Positions 11,090 through 21,112 of a DNA stretch of 64,000 nt are shown one piece after another (within the stretch, counting starts at the first letter, position 1; every line of letters starts with the position of its first letter). The stretch is from NCBI GenBank assembly GCA_013166775.1, contig JABLTJ010000027.1:9588-73587 (forward strand), in the 5' to 3' direction. A program made the position numbers and the translations under genes. The DNA is from Promethearchaeati archaeon (lineage in GTDB: Archaea; Asgardarchaeota; Heimdallarchaeia; Heimdallarchaeales; Heimdallarchaeaceae). The notes beneath the pieces are model-generated. The model did not search any database. It worked only from the letters and a program-made list of their open reading frames with translations, and had not been told where the DNA came from.

Positions 11090-11139
11090 AAACGTTGGAA
11101 AGCTAATTTCATGTCAAAGAAGGGAATCTTCCTTATTGA

Positions 11140-11316
11140 CTATCCTGATGGTTTTCCACCTTTACCCCAATGAGATTTTGGAAGGGCATGAACAAGAACC
11201 CTAACAGCTTCTGGAGATGTACCTCTTTTCACGAAAACCTCTGTCATGTCTTCTATTATTTCTGCAACTTGTTCATCAGTTCTTCCTTCCCATAAATATA
11301 CATGTACGACTGGCAT
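11140..11316 (-). CDS. 4-oxalocrotonate tautomerase family protein
   Basis: MPVVHVYLWEGRTDEQ...HWGKGG; catalytic Pro after the Met at 11316. Confidence 0.9.
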   Translation of the reverse strand: MPVVHVYLWEGRTDEQVAEIIEDMTEVFVKRGTSPEAVRVLVHALPKSHWGKGGKPSG

Positions 11317-11406
11317 TTTTTCACCTTTCATTTTAAATATTACTAAATCAATTAATTAACACTCAGTAATAATTCTTTCTAGAATTTGATGAACCATGAT
11401 GCTTTA

Positions 11407-11814
11407 TCAAAAACAATTTGAGCAATATGTTCCCTTTTCTACTTTCTCTGTTCTAAAGAACAACACTTCTCTTGAACATTCTTTACAATACAAACATCCA
11501 CAAGTAGAACAACGATAAACTTCGTTACCTATCTTAAATTCATTCTTGCATTTTAAGCAATGCACTTCATTTGAAACTGGTTTTTTCACTTCCATTTTCA
11601 CTTTTTGTAGTAAATCATCATTTTTTATATCTAAAACATTCTTTCCTGTTTTTTCTGTTTCTAGTATTTCGATTGCTTTTATAGAACCTGCCATGATACT
11701 GCTAAACCAAGTTGTGTGATCTGTTTCTTCATTATTAATGTAGTATTTGGTATCATCTTCCCAAATTACTTTTTCCTCATTAATCGTTTCTTTTTCACTA
11801 TTATCAGTCTTCAT
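11407..11814 (-). CDS. Protein with C-terminal 8-Cys FYVE-like zinc finger
   Basis: CxxC-x12-CxxCG-x3-CxxCS-x16-CxxCF. Confidence 0.7.
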   Translation of the reverse strand: MKTDNSEKETINEEKVIWEDDTKYYINNEETDHTTWFSSIMAGSIKAIEILETEKTGKNVLDIKNDDLLQKVKMEVKKPVSNEVHCLKCKNEFKIGNEVYRCSTCGCLYCKECSREVLFFRTEKVEKGTYCSNCF

Positions 11815-11935
11815 TTTAACAGTTCATGATTTTAATTTCAACTAATAAATATCTGTTGCTTCAGAATTTTAAAGGATAATAATTAATATATATAGATTTT
11901 ATTCATTTTTTATGAGGAGGAAGCCCGGTTCCTTG

Positions 11936-12463
11936 TCAATATCTTTCATAATGAACTAGATCATCTAAATTTTTTCTTCCTCGTGTAGGTTCTTCATTAG
12001 CATATCCTGTAGCGACCAAACCTAAAATGTTTAGATGTGCAGGAATTCCTAGAAGTTCCTTCATTTCTTGTTCCATAGGGGTTCCAATTACTCCTGCCCA
12101 ACATGTCCCTAGACCTATACTGTGAGCTTCAATCATATACTGCATAGTTGCTAAAGCTGTATCTGACATATGGTATTTCTGGTGTATTTCTGGATTTGTT
12201 AGTGGAATGAAAACAACAGGACTTTCTGCAACAAATTTCGCATAAGGATGTAGCTCAGAAAGTTTCATTCTAATTGTTTCATCGGTTACAATGAGAAACT
12301 CCCAAGGTTGCTTGTTTGAAGCTGAAGGAGCCCATCTAGCAGCTTCTAGACATTTCTGAATCTTTTCTTCTTCAATAGGTGTATTTTTATATTTTCTAAT
12401 ACTTCTGCGTGTTTTCAAAAGATTTAATGCATCATTCATAGTTCTCCTTCTAAAATCTAACAC
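11936..12463 (-). CDS. Nitroreductase family protein (probable start 12439)
   Basis: RRSIRKY, APSASNKQPWEF, GLGTCW. Confidence 0.93.
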   Translation of the reverse strand: MLDFRRRTMNDALNLLKTRRSIRKYKNTPIEEEKIQKCLEAARWAPSASNKQPWEFLIVTDETIRMKLSELHPYAKFVAESPVVFIPLTNPEIHQKYHMSDTALATMQYMIEAHSIGLGTCWAGVIGTPMEQEMKELLGIPAHLNILGLVATGYANEEPTRGRKNLDDLVHYERY

Positions 12464-12514
12464 TATATATTAAAACCTTATCTCATGTCTATTGAAATTA
12501 TTCGATTAAGATTT

Positions 12515-13066
12515 CTACTTTTCCCGTTTTAGCCGTTCTCCTGCAAACGTTTGAGGATAGAGTATCATTCTTGTTATTGTTAATATTGGCATAAGTATCC
12601 ATAGAAGATTTGCTAGTATCACTATATACCATTGAGAGTTCACATAATCAGTGAATTCTACAAACAGAATGATTGTAACATTTGTTAGCATTATTGATGA
12701 CCAAATAATGCTTGGTATTCTTATCCAATTCTTTCCGCGGATGAATGCATAAGCTGCAACAGCATAAAATGGACCAAACAATACTATATCAATCCATATT
12801 GTTGCACGCCACCAAGTTGGTCTTTCTAGTAGGGCTGGATCGAAATTCACTCCCACCCAATGGTTTAGGTCTACAATAAACTTTGGTGGCCACGCAGGGT
12901 AGGTAAAAGCTGCTGTACCATAAGTACTGTGGTCAAGAACTACAACTTGCTCAATATCAAACATATAAGATATGAATATGAAGTTAAAGATATAAAACAC
13001 TATTAGTGTTATGTCAATAATCTTTCTTGCTTTATCTCTTTCACGCAAAGGTGTTCCATTACTCAT
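12515..13066 (-). CDS. EXPERA-domain membrane protein (EBP/TMEM97/TM6SF-like)
   Basis: Four TM helices; DPALLERPTWW..TIWID..FGPFY...YAF..G..WIRIPSIIWS...ANLLWILMP. Confidence 0.8.
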   Translation of the reverse strand: MSNGTPLRERDKARKIIDITLIVFYIFNFIFISYMFDIEQVVVLDHSTYGTAAFTYPAWPPKFIVDLNHWVGVNFDPALLERPTWWRATIWIDIVLFGPFYAVAAYAFIRGKNWIRIPSIIWSSIMLTNVTIILFVEFTDYVNSQWYIVILANLLWILMPILTITRMILYPQTFAGERLKREK

Positions 13067-13149
13067 TTTAATTCACTCTTTCAAATTGATTGAGATTTCT
13101 TGAATAAGAATTTCACTTTTTTAAAAAAGTTCCGAGAAGAATTTCACAA

Positions 13150-14010
13150 TTATTTGTTAATATGATTTTTATTTTCTCCGTACATTTTTTGCGCTACTGA
13201 GCCCATCAGTTTTATTCTTTCTTTCGAAGACAAGAATGAATGCAAGAATCTTACAGATATCTTATTTGCAAAACCTGGAATAACTCGAGGTTTGTTTTTG
13301 ACTAATCCCTTCAGTGCAAAATCAACTACTCTTTCTGGTTTCATAGGTTTGGGTTTAATCAGATCTTTGTCGATAGGTTCTGAAGAAAGATAATTGGGTG
13401 TTGCTGTAGCTCCTGCAACACATGCTGTTACATGAACATTAAAATCTTTCATCTCCAACCACAAAGATTCTGCTAAGTGCCTAGTATAAGCACGAGTTGC
13501 ACCATAATGAGCATGAATTGGTGATCCTTGTAAACCTGCCATCGAACTCATCAAAATGATACCTCCTCGACTTTTTTCTTTCATTTTACTGCAAAAATGA
13601 TAAGTTAAGGTCATTGAGCCTATACAATTTAAATTTATCACCTTCAAGTGTGTTTCAAGGGAGTGATTTGTAAACAAACCAATTGGACTTAATGCTGCGT
13701 TGTATACAAATAATCCAACATCTAAATCTTTGGTTCTTGATTCTATTACTTCCAACATATCAGAAGAGTTCAGATCAAGAGGAAGAACAATCACTTCAAC
13801 TCTATATTTTTTTTGTATGTTTTTAGAGATTTTTTGAAGTAATTTTTCTCTTCTGGCAATAAGAACTAGATTTAATCCCTTCTTTGCAAGTTCTTCAGCA
13901 AAAGCTTCTCCAAGACCTTCAGATGCACCAGCTATTAATGCCCAAGGACCATATTGATTGATGAAAGTGCTAGATTTAGAAATCATACAAATGCCTGAAC
14001 CTACTAACAT
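13150..14010 (-). CDS. SDR oxidoreductase, 17beta-HSD/3-ketoacyl-CoA reductase-like (probable start 13986)
   Basis: YGPWALIAGASEGLGEAFAEELAKKGLNLVLIARR, YNAA, SS, YGATR. Confidence 0.85.
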   Translation of the reverse strand: MLVGSGICMISKSSTFINQYGPWALIAGASEGLGEAFAEELAKKGLNLVLIARREKLLQKISKNIQKKYRVEVIVLPLDLNSSDMLEVIESRTKDLDVGLFVYNAALSPIGLFTNHSLETHLKVINLNCIGSMTLTYHFCSKMKEKSRGGIILMSSMAGLQGSPIHAHYGATRAYTRHLAESLWLEMKDFNVHVTACVAGATATPNYLSSEPIDKDLIKPKPMKPERVVDFALKGLVKNKPRVIPGFANKISVRFLHSFLSSKERIKLMGSVAQKMYGENKNHINK

Positions 14011-14199
14011 TTAAAATTAATCTCAGTTTTCCAAATTAGAAGGATTACTGAATAAAATCATAACTAAGGGGATTCTCAAAGCTTACTTTGATTTAGTAAG
14101 CACTATTTAGCATAAATCAACGGTATCAGTAACTTTCCTAAGAGAGAGGAAAAAAATGTATGAGGAAAAAAAATAATAAATTTAGAAGATAAACTGAAT

Positions 14200-15009
14200 T
14201 CATTCTGTATCTTTTATTAGTAGTGGAACACTTATCTTATATCCTTTTGCTTCACATGCTTCTAGAACTCTTTTTCTTATTTCAGAGTTAATAATGAGAA
14301 TTTGCATAACGTCCTTAATGTAATAATAGAGTTTGTATTCTACAGCATAATCGTGATAATCATTAATTGTAACAAAAGGATCTTCTTCAGTTGATAGAAG
14401 TTTATAACCTTTTATAGCATTTACTAGAGTTTCTTCAACTTCCAAATGATTTAAAGAATAATCAAGCGTAACAGAAATATCTCTCATTATAATTTCTGCA
14501 CCACTTCCTAGATTGTTGATACTTTGTCTTAAGAGTTCTTGGTTAGGTACTGCTACTATTGTTTTATCTATTAGCTGGATTTTTGTATAAATAAATTCTA
14601 TATCAACAATATCTGCTAGTTTTCCTTCAAAAAATATTCTATCTCCTTTGATAAAAGGCTTACTTGTCATTATAATGATTCCAGCTATGAAATTACCTAT
14701 AGTATTCATCGCTGCAAAACCAATTACAGTAGTTCCCATAAGAGTGATTAATGCTGTTAGAAAACCTGCTGTTTCTAGATATTGTACAAGTAAAACAGTA
14801 AAAATGATCAAGAGTATTAACAGCTGTAACATTCTTTGAATAGCTTTAGCACCTCTCTTTTTTATACGATTGTTTTTGACTAATCGTTTTAACTCAAAAC
14901 CTATTATCCTAATAAGTATTAAACCAATTAAAATAACTGCTGCAGAAATAATTAAATCAATCCTATTAGCTTTTAGCCAATCTAGAACAATTGAAGCCAT
15001 TTTAGACAA
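14200..15009 (-). CDS. mscS: Small-conductance mechanosensitive channel
   Basis: IGFA...NFIAGIII...PFIKGDRI...VPN; three N-terminal TMs. Confidence 0.9.
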   Translation of the reverse strand: MSKMASIVLDWLKANRIDLIISAAVILIGLILIRIIGFELKRLVKNNRIKKRGAKAIQRMLQLLILLIIFTVLLVQYLETAGFLTALITLMGTTVIGFAAMNTIGNFIAGIIIMTSKPFIKGDRIFFEGKLADIVDIEFIYTKIQLIDKTIVAVPNQELLRQSINNLGSGAEIIMRDISVTLDYSLNHLEVEETLVNAIKGYKLLSTEEDPFVTINDYHDYAVEYKLYYYIKDVMQILIINSEIRKRVLEACEAKGYKISVPLLIKDTE

Positions 15010-15163
15010 GATAATTAAGTAAAATAAGTATATTTGTTTTTCCTATAAAAGTAAAATTCTTTTATCTCACCTATTCAGTTTAATGAAAACTGAAGCTTAT
15101 AACAATATTCTTGGTAAGTTTTCTTACTAATTTGCTTATTTTAAGGGAGAAGAAATAGCTTAT

Positions 15164-16143
15164 TCATTTATTAGTATGCATTATATTCCAAGCAAGCATT
15201 CCACCCATAAGAACTAAAGGGTGTCTAAAGCCTGCTTTCATCATTATCTTAGCAGCTGTATTAGCTCTAGAACCTGATCTGCAGACTATAATTATTTCTT
15301 CTTCTTTCTTATCTTCTAGTTTATCTAAATTAGCAATTAGTTTCCCAATTGGTATATTAATCACACCATCTATATGCCCTATCCTTTGTTTTAATTCGAT
15401 AGGTTCACGGACATCAATCATAACTATATTCTCATTATTCTCAATTCTGTTAGCTAGGCTATCAGCTGTGATACTTTCAACTATTAATTCATTGACAGCA
15501 CATCTTTCATCCATTCAGCAGGTCCCAATTTCAGATCATTGAGGTAATTTACAAACTCCTGTTGGGTTCTCTCCTTTAGATGAGGATTGGTCTTCTTCTG
15601 ATTTGCTAGTGTAGATGGTTTTCTATTTCTATAATCATGTGCAGGATAAACAACTAAATCCTCTGGCAGTTTCTTGAATTTTTCTAGTGTCGCCCAGTGC
15701 TTTGCTGAATCTCCTCCAGGTAAATCATCTCGTCCTGCACCACCATCATCTAAAAAGAGTGCGTCCCCTGTGAATAGTTTATCAGCCCAAATTAAGCTAA
15801 TTGAATCATTGGTATGGCCTTTAGTATCAAGAATTTCAAGTTTAATATCAGTTATCTCAATAACATCTCCTTCTTTCACTCTTTTTGTTACACATTGGGA
15901 AGGAGCGTTTTCATGCATAATATACTCACAGTCAATACGATCTTTGAGAACAGCTGAACCAGAAATATGATCAGCATGCGAGTGGGTATCAATTACAGCA
16001 GAGATTTGAAGCTGATTCTTGTCAATATATTCAATATAATCCTCAACACCTTCCAAAACAGGGTCAATAAGTATAACTTTTGGAAGTTTACTACCTAAAA
16101 TATATGTTTTACAACTTTTATCGTTAAGTTGAGCGAATATCAT
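15164..16143 (-). pseudogene. Persulfide dioxygenase (MBL-fold)-rhodanese pair, probably a frameshifted fusion
   Basis: THSHADHISG/FTGDAL/PAHDY in 15484..16143; DVRE...CRSGSRA...GGMLAW in overlapping 15164..15514 in another frame. Confidence 0.7.
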
Positions 16144-16232
16144 ATTATCAAATTGAAAAGAGTGTTTAAAAGATTTATTTAATTCTAAATTTTCAAGAAC
16201 AAGTATTTAAACATTAAAAAGGATTAACAGAT

Positions 16233-16694
16233 ATGATTGAAGAATCGGATATTAAGAAAATTATAAGAGAACTATTGGCATCACAACTCTTCTGTGTTTT
16301 AACTACTAATTTAGCACAAAGTCATTTTCCTTACTCTTCCCTTGTAGCTTCTCTTAATTCTGATGACCTCAAACACATTCATTTTGCAACATCAAGAAAA
16401 ACAACTAAATTCACAAATCTCTTATCTGATCCAAAAGTCTGCATGTTCTTTGATAATCGTTCGAATGAGTTAGAAGATGTTACCAAAGCAGTTACTGCTA
16501 CAGTTTTAGGGAAAGTAGAGGAGCTAGACAAAGAAACCAATAAAGAGATTTTGCGAAGGTTTATCGAAAAATATCCACAACTCAAAGATTTTGTAGAGAA
16601 ACAGAGCACTGCTTTTCTACGAATAATTGTTGATGAATATATAGTAGTGCATAATTTCCATAAAACTTTGAGATTAACCTTAAGTGACAATTGA
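16233..16694 (+). CDS. Pyridoxamine 5'-phosphate oxidase-family (split-barrel flavin/F420-binding) protein
   Basis: PYSSLV...FATSRKTTKFTNL..DPKV...DNRSN. Confidence 0.85.
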   Translation: MIEESDIKKIIRELLASQLFCVLTTNLAQSHFPYSSLVASLNSDDLKHIHFATSRKTTKFTNLLSDPKVCMFFDNRSNELEDVTKAVTATVLGKVEELDKETNKEILRRFIEKYPQLKDFVEKQSTAFLRIIVDEYIVVHNFHKTLRLTLSDN

Positions 16695-16752
16695 AGTAAG
16701 AAGTTTTTTTGTAAATCCACAACATATTTTATTCTAATCAACTAGAATTAGT

Positions 16753-17220
16753 TTGATAAAGATGATTTTTCCAGAGGTAAAAGGATCTAATTTAGAAAAG
16801 AAGAAATACAAAATTCCTCAAGATTTAGAAGGAACTATAAACATTGTAACTGTTGCTTTTCAACAATGGCATCAAGGTTTAGTTAACACCTGGGTTCCAT
16901 TTTTAGAAGAATTGAAGCAAACTCACACAGAGATTTATTTCTATGAATTTCCTACAATCAACAGAGGATATAAGGGGATGAGATTCATAATTGATGGGGG
17001 GATGAGAATGGGTATTCCAGATAAAGAGATTCGAGATAGAACTATAACACTTTATTTAGATAAGAAAAAATTCATGCAGAATCTTACAATCGAAAATGAT
17101 GAGGATATTATAACTTATGTCCTAAACAATAAAGGTGAAATTTTCACTAAAATTGAAGGGGAATACACATCTGAAAAAGGAAACAAAATAAAGAGTCGAG
17201 TTGAAGAATTACTAAAATAG
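16753..17220 (+). CDS. Thioredoxin-like fold protein (ATP10-like) lacking CxxC
   Basis: FPEVKGSNL..IPQDL..VAFQQWHQ..VNTW..IDGGMR.GIP. Confidence 0.6.
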   Translation: MIKMIFPEVKGSNLEKKKYKIPQDLEGTINIVTVAFQQWHQGLVNTWVPFLEELKQTHTEIYFYEFPTINRGYKGMRFIIDGGMRMGIPDKEIRDRTITLYLDKKKFMQNLTIENDEDIITYVLNNKGEIFTKIEGEYTSEKGNKIKSRVEELLK

Positions 17221-17238
17221 TATATTTAGAATAGAATA

Positions 17239-17616
17239 ATGGTGATAAAAATTCCTCATGTAGTTTTAGAAGGAGAAATTAAAACACGAGAAATTAAAAC
17301 ACAGGATATATTTAAAGAAATTGAACCTCTCTTCATTAAGGAAGAAAACTTGCTTATTCGATCTACCAATTCATTTCTTTCACTTGATGAGTCAACTATT
17401 CTCATTGAAATCCTAGTTATAGAAAAAAATATTAAAAATCAGTTCTTTGCAATTGTTAATCAACGGGAGGATGGTGTAGTTGTTCGCATACATCCTATGG
17501 TAGAAGTGGAAAAAACTAATGGAGTCAAGAAATCTTTAGCTGAAATAGGCAAGCAAGTTCTTACAAAATTTAAAGGAACAAAAGTAGGTAAAACTAATCT
17601 TTCTGAATTTCTATAG
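17239..17616 (+). CDS. Hypothetical protein with a perfect 15-bp tandem duplication (17273-17302)
   Basis: ORF; gagaaattaaaacac x2 gives EIKTREIKTQ. Confidence 0.6.
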   Translation: MVIKIPHVVLEGEIKTREIKTQDIFKEIEPLFIKEENLLIRSTNSFLSLDESTILIEILVIEKNIKNQFFAIVNQREDGVVVRIHPMVEVEKTNGVKKSLAEIGKQVLTKFKGTKVGKTNLSEFL

Positions 17617-17626
17617 ATTAGAAGTT

Positions 17627-18190
17627 TTATTTTTTATGCAATTTAATTACAGAGAGTTTGTCTGCTATAAAAGAAAAATCTACAGTATTAACATCATCTT
17701 TTCTCTTTCTCCAACCAAAGACAAATCTAGGCAATATTGGAACATTTGTTACGAACCATTTAAAGACCTTGACGATTTCTTCTTTCTCTTCAATTATCTC
17801 GAACTTAACAGGATATTTTTTGAAACCCTTTTTAATTGAAACATCATCAGGATCAGCTTTCATGTTCCTAAACCAGTCGGCTTTATTCCCTCTACCTACA
17901 AAAATATGAATAACTCCATCAATAATTTGATGTTCTATAGGAGTAATTCTCTCTAGACCACTCTTTCTCCCTTTAGTATAAATTAATATCAAGAATCTTC
18001 CAAGTCCAATTAAAGGAATTATTCCCATTTTGTAAAAAGGTTTAACCAGATATTTATTCATGAATTTGAAACGTTTTAGGAACTTCTTCTGTTGCTTTTT
18101 ATCTGCTAAAAGAAAGCTATATTCAAAAGATCCTTTCCTTGGAAGAAAAACGTTATTATCATATTCTATCAAATCAGTCATTTCAATCAC
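17627..18190 (-). CDS. Deazaflavin(F420)-dependent nitroreductase (Ddn/DUF385) family
   Basis: TKGRKSGLERITP...ADWFRNMKADP. Confidence 0.85.
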   Translation of the reverse strand: MIEMTDLIEYDNNVFLPRKGSFEYSFLLADKKQQKKFLKRFKFMNKYLVKPFYKMGIIPLIGLGRFLILIYTKGRKSGLERITPIEHQIIDGVIHIFVGRGNKADWFRNMKADPDDVSIKKGFKKYPVKFEIIEEKEEIVKVFKWFVTNVPILPRFVFGWRKRKDDVNTVDFSFIADKLSVIKLHKK

Positions 18191-18285
18191 TAAAGATAGA
18201 AAATCTTTCTTTTAAGGTTTAGTTTTTATCAAAATAAGAGTTTTTTCGAAACGATTTATATAGCAAGAGTATTAAAAACAAAGGT

Positions 18286-18649
18286 ATGGAATGTAAAAAG
18301 ATTCTGCAGAAATCCTCTGTAATCCTTCTCATCCTTCTTCTGTACAAACCTAAGTCCTAAATTACATACTATCTCAACTGTAGATCTTCATGACTTTGAT
18401 GGAGCTAGGTTAGCTGATGGTGATGTGATTTTAGCTGATAGTAATCTACTAATAAATGCCTTATTCGAATTACCATTGAATTTTGCTGATACATATGAGA
18501 TTAAAGTTGGAAATGATTATACTGGTTACTACCACTTCATTCTAAAATCAGATGTAACAACTAGTATTGGCTTTAGCTTCTCAATAATTGGAGTAGCAAT
18601 TGTTGCTATTGGAACAAGTGTTTATGTTTTAAAACGAAAGAAAAAGTAA
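18286..18649 (+). pseudogene. Deleted/frameshifted secreted protein with C-terminal TM anchor
   Basis: ATG 18286 gives MECKKILQKSSVILLILLL then a stop; a different frame carries the anchor ...IIGVAIVAIGTSVYVLKRKKK. Confidence 0.6.
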
Positions 18650-18884
18650 GTTGGGAAAACTTTCTAGTTTTCCTTTTCTATTTCTCCACTAAGATTTTTT
18701 AATTATTGTTTCAGATATCATTGATATCTCAATTTTTCAAACTAAAATATTTACTCCTTACAAATTTTAAATTATATATTTTCAAAGATGATTTTGTTCA
18801 ATTCAGAAAGAACTTCTTGATTTGGTGATTGGAATATATTTAGACTCTTGTTATTGTTATTTGAAGCATAATTCAAGATTTTTT

Positions 18885-19781
18885 CTAAGGTAGCGTTGAA
18901 TGTTCTTTTTTAGAAAATTCGTTAGGATTCAAGCTGCACCAAACGAAATCTGAGGTATACAATCGTGTCATAGACTTGATAGATTTTGTTTCTTGAATAT
19001 CCATTGAAGGGAGGAAATCTTTTAACGTATCAAACCATGCACGTTGCTCATCTCTATAATTCGGATTATTATCTTTTGAAACTGTTTTTTCACATAATCT
19101 TAACCATTTATTCTTATCAAATTCTAAATTTACGTCTTCAGGATAATTTTTTAGTGTTAACGCTCTTAATTGGTTAAAATGCGTTGATTCATCAAATTCA
19201 ATAATTTTTCCTTGATTTATGACATAAAAATTACAGGTCGGAAGCCTTGTTGTTTGCACAAAATCATTTAAACCTCTAAAAGATTGTAATAATTCATAGA
19301 TATTTTTCAATGCGTCATAGTATTTAGTATTTATAAAATCCTCAGGTTTTGTACCAACAGTAACATGGTAATCAACTTTGATTTTTCCATAAATATGTTC
19401 TAAGATTCCTTTAATAATATTCTTACATTTTAAACAATTTTCACTTGAGTGAATCTTCGTCAGTGACACTATATTCTGATTGTTCAGATATTCGAGAGTC
19501 TTTGTGTCCAATGAGCACAGATCTACTATTGTAAATCCTAAATTCTCAAGAATCGCATTACTCTCGTCTTCATCTCTTAACTTTGATTTATCTAATGTTT
19601 CCCCACTTATATATTTGTTAGACAATGAAACAACATATTCTGGGGGGTAATAATGGTTTTTGTATTCTACGAGATACTTTTTTGAACCTCTACCATCTGG
19701 AACGCCATAATCTTTGATTTCATTAATAGATTGAACAATATGTATCATTTCTATTTGTTCTTGTATCATATTACTATTCAA
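18885..19781 (-). CDS. Putative restriction/defence nuclease: ScoMcrA-like N-terminal head + PD-(D/E)xK-like domain
   Basis: GVP.GR.S.KY....YPPEYVVSL...LGF head; FYV...IIEFDESTHF...R..TL..YP...RDEQRAWFDTLKD. Confidence 0.6.
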   Translation of the reverse strand: MNSNMIQEQIEMIHIVQSINEIKDYGVPDGRGSKKYLVEYKNHYYPPEYVVSLSNKYISGETLDKSKLRDEDESNAILENLGFTIVDLCSLDTKTLEYLNNQNIVSLTKIHSSENCLKCKNIIKGILEHIYGKIKVDYHVTVGTKPEDFINTKYYDALKNIYELLQSFRGLNDFVQTTRLPTCNFYVINQGKIIEFDESTHFNQLRALTLKNYPEDVNLEFDKNKWLRLCEKTVSKDNNPNYRDEQRAWFDTLKDFLPSMDIQETKSIKSMTRLYTSDFVWCSLNPNEFSKKEHSTLP

Positions 19782-19901
19782 AATTCAGAAGAAATCTATT
19801 CTTATAGTAATTGTTATTTAAATAATTAAAGTAATTTATACAAAAAGAAAAATTAGTGTTGGATTTGGTCTTTACTTCATTAAACGAAAAGAAAATAAAT
19901 A

Positions 19902-19920
19902 GATTGGAAAAACTCCAATC
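19902..19920 (-). terminator. Hairpin followed by a T-rich tract after the acidic protein gene
   Basis: gattgga-N5-tccaatc, then T-runs on the minus strand. Confidence 0.5.
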
Positions 19921-19930
19921 ATTATTTTAG

Positions 19931-20989
19931 TCAACTAATTTCTTTCTTTTTGGCTATAGTATCGTCAACAATCGATTCGATTCTTTGTTTGAAGAGTTTT
20001 ATTGCTCTGTTCTGAGCTTCCACATCGTCAAGGATTTTTTCTATTATTCTTTGTCTGTGCTTCTCTAAAATATGATTTATCAGATCTTCCTTAACCTTAA
20101 TTAGGTCAACTTCTTTTACTTCAACGACTTCCTCGAGAGGTTCTGCTGCTACATCTGCAACTACCTCTTGAACAATCTCTTCTGCAGTTATCACAGGTTC
20201 TCTGTAAACTTCTTCGACAACTTCCTCTATAACTTCTTCAACGTCTTCTACTGGCTCTTCAATAACTTCCTCAGTGACTTCTTCAACAACTTCCTCAATT
20301 ATTTCCTCGACAGGTTCTTCAGCAGGTTCTTCAATTACTTCCACCAAAGGTTCTTCAACTATTTCTTCAACTTCTTCTAGTTCGGCTTCTGCAATTTCTT
20401 TCTCTTCCTCAAGCACTTTCTCCATTAGATTACCGACCAGATCATCTATTCTAGAGACTGCTTCATCAACAAGTTTAGCTATAGCTTTTCCAGATAGTTC
20501 CATACCTTTTTTTCTTACTATTTCATCTGCAGGTAAAGCAGCTTCTATTTTCAGTCCTACAGTAAGTACAATGAACTTAGTTAGAGCACTCTTTACTTCG
20601 TCCAAACCTAGTTCCTTGATGGTTTCAAGATTTAAATTAACAGGTTCTAGTTCTTCCATAGCTTCTTTGATTTCTTCTTTTAATTTGTCAATCTTCTCTT
20701 GAAGTTCATTTCTATTCTCTTCGTCAGTTTCTTCTTCCTTTTTCTTCTTCTTTTCCTCTATCTTTCGTTTATTCTTGACTATTTTCTTGTTTTTGTCTTT
20801 AACGAGTTCTTTTAATTTATCCGAATACAGTTGTATGAACCGGGGGATATATTCTTCAATTAATTCCTTAATCTCATTAATCATTGCTTCGTCAACGGGA
20901 TTCTTTGGGACTTCAATATCAGGTACTTCAACATCAGGTACTTCAACATTAGGAACTTTAGGGGCTTTATCTTTTATTTTTTTAAACAT
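19931..20989 (-). CDS. Acidic low-complexity coiled-coil protein
   Basis: 15-bp VPxVE repeats (20910-20954), K/E coiled coil, EEP/EEV tetrapeptide repeats. Confidence 0.75.
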   Translation of the reverse strand: MFKKIKDKAPKVPNVEVPDVEVPDIEVPKNPVDEAMINEIKELIEEYIPRFIQLYSDKLKELVKDKNKKIVKNKRKIEEKKKKKEEETDEENRNELQEKIDKLKEEIKEAMEELEPVNLNLETIKELGLDEVKSALTKFIVLTVGLKIEAALPADEIVRKKGMELSGKAIAKLVDEAVSRIDDLVGNLMEKVLEEEKEIAEAELEEVEEIVEEPLVEVIEEPAEEPVEEIIEEVVEEVTEEVIEEPVEDVEEVIEEVVEEVYREPVITAEEIVQEVVADVAAEPLEEVVEVKEVDLIKVKEDLINHILEKHRQRIIEKILDDVEAQNRAIKLFKQRIESIVDDTIAKKKEIS

Positions 20990-21112
20990 GCCAATTCACC
21001 TTGATTTTCATATATCAATCTTATAATTAAATCAAAAATAACTAGTAATTTGAATATAATAACTGTTTTGCACAAATTTACATGCTTAGTTGGTTTTTCC
21101 TTTTCTTATTTA

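Noticed and set aside
20168-21026. F/N-rich and Ser-rich + strand ORFs
   Set aside because: Antisense products of the Glu-rich repeat gene
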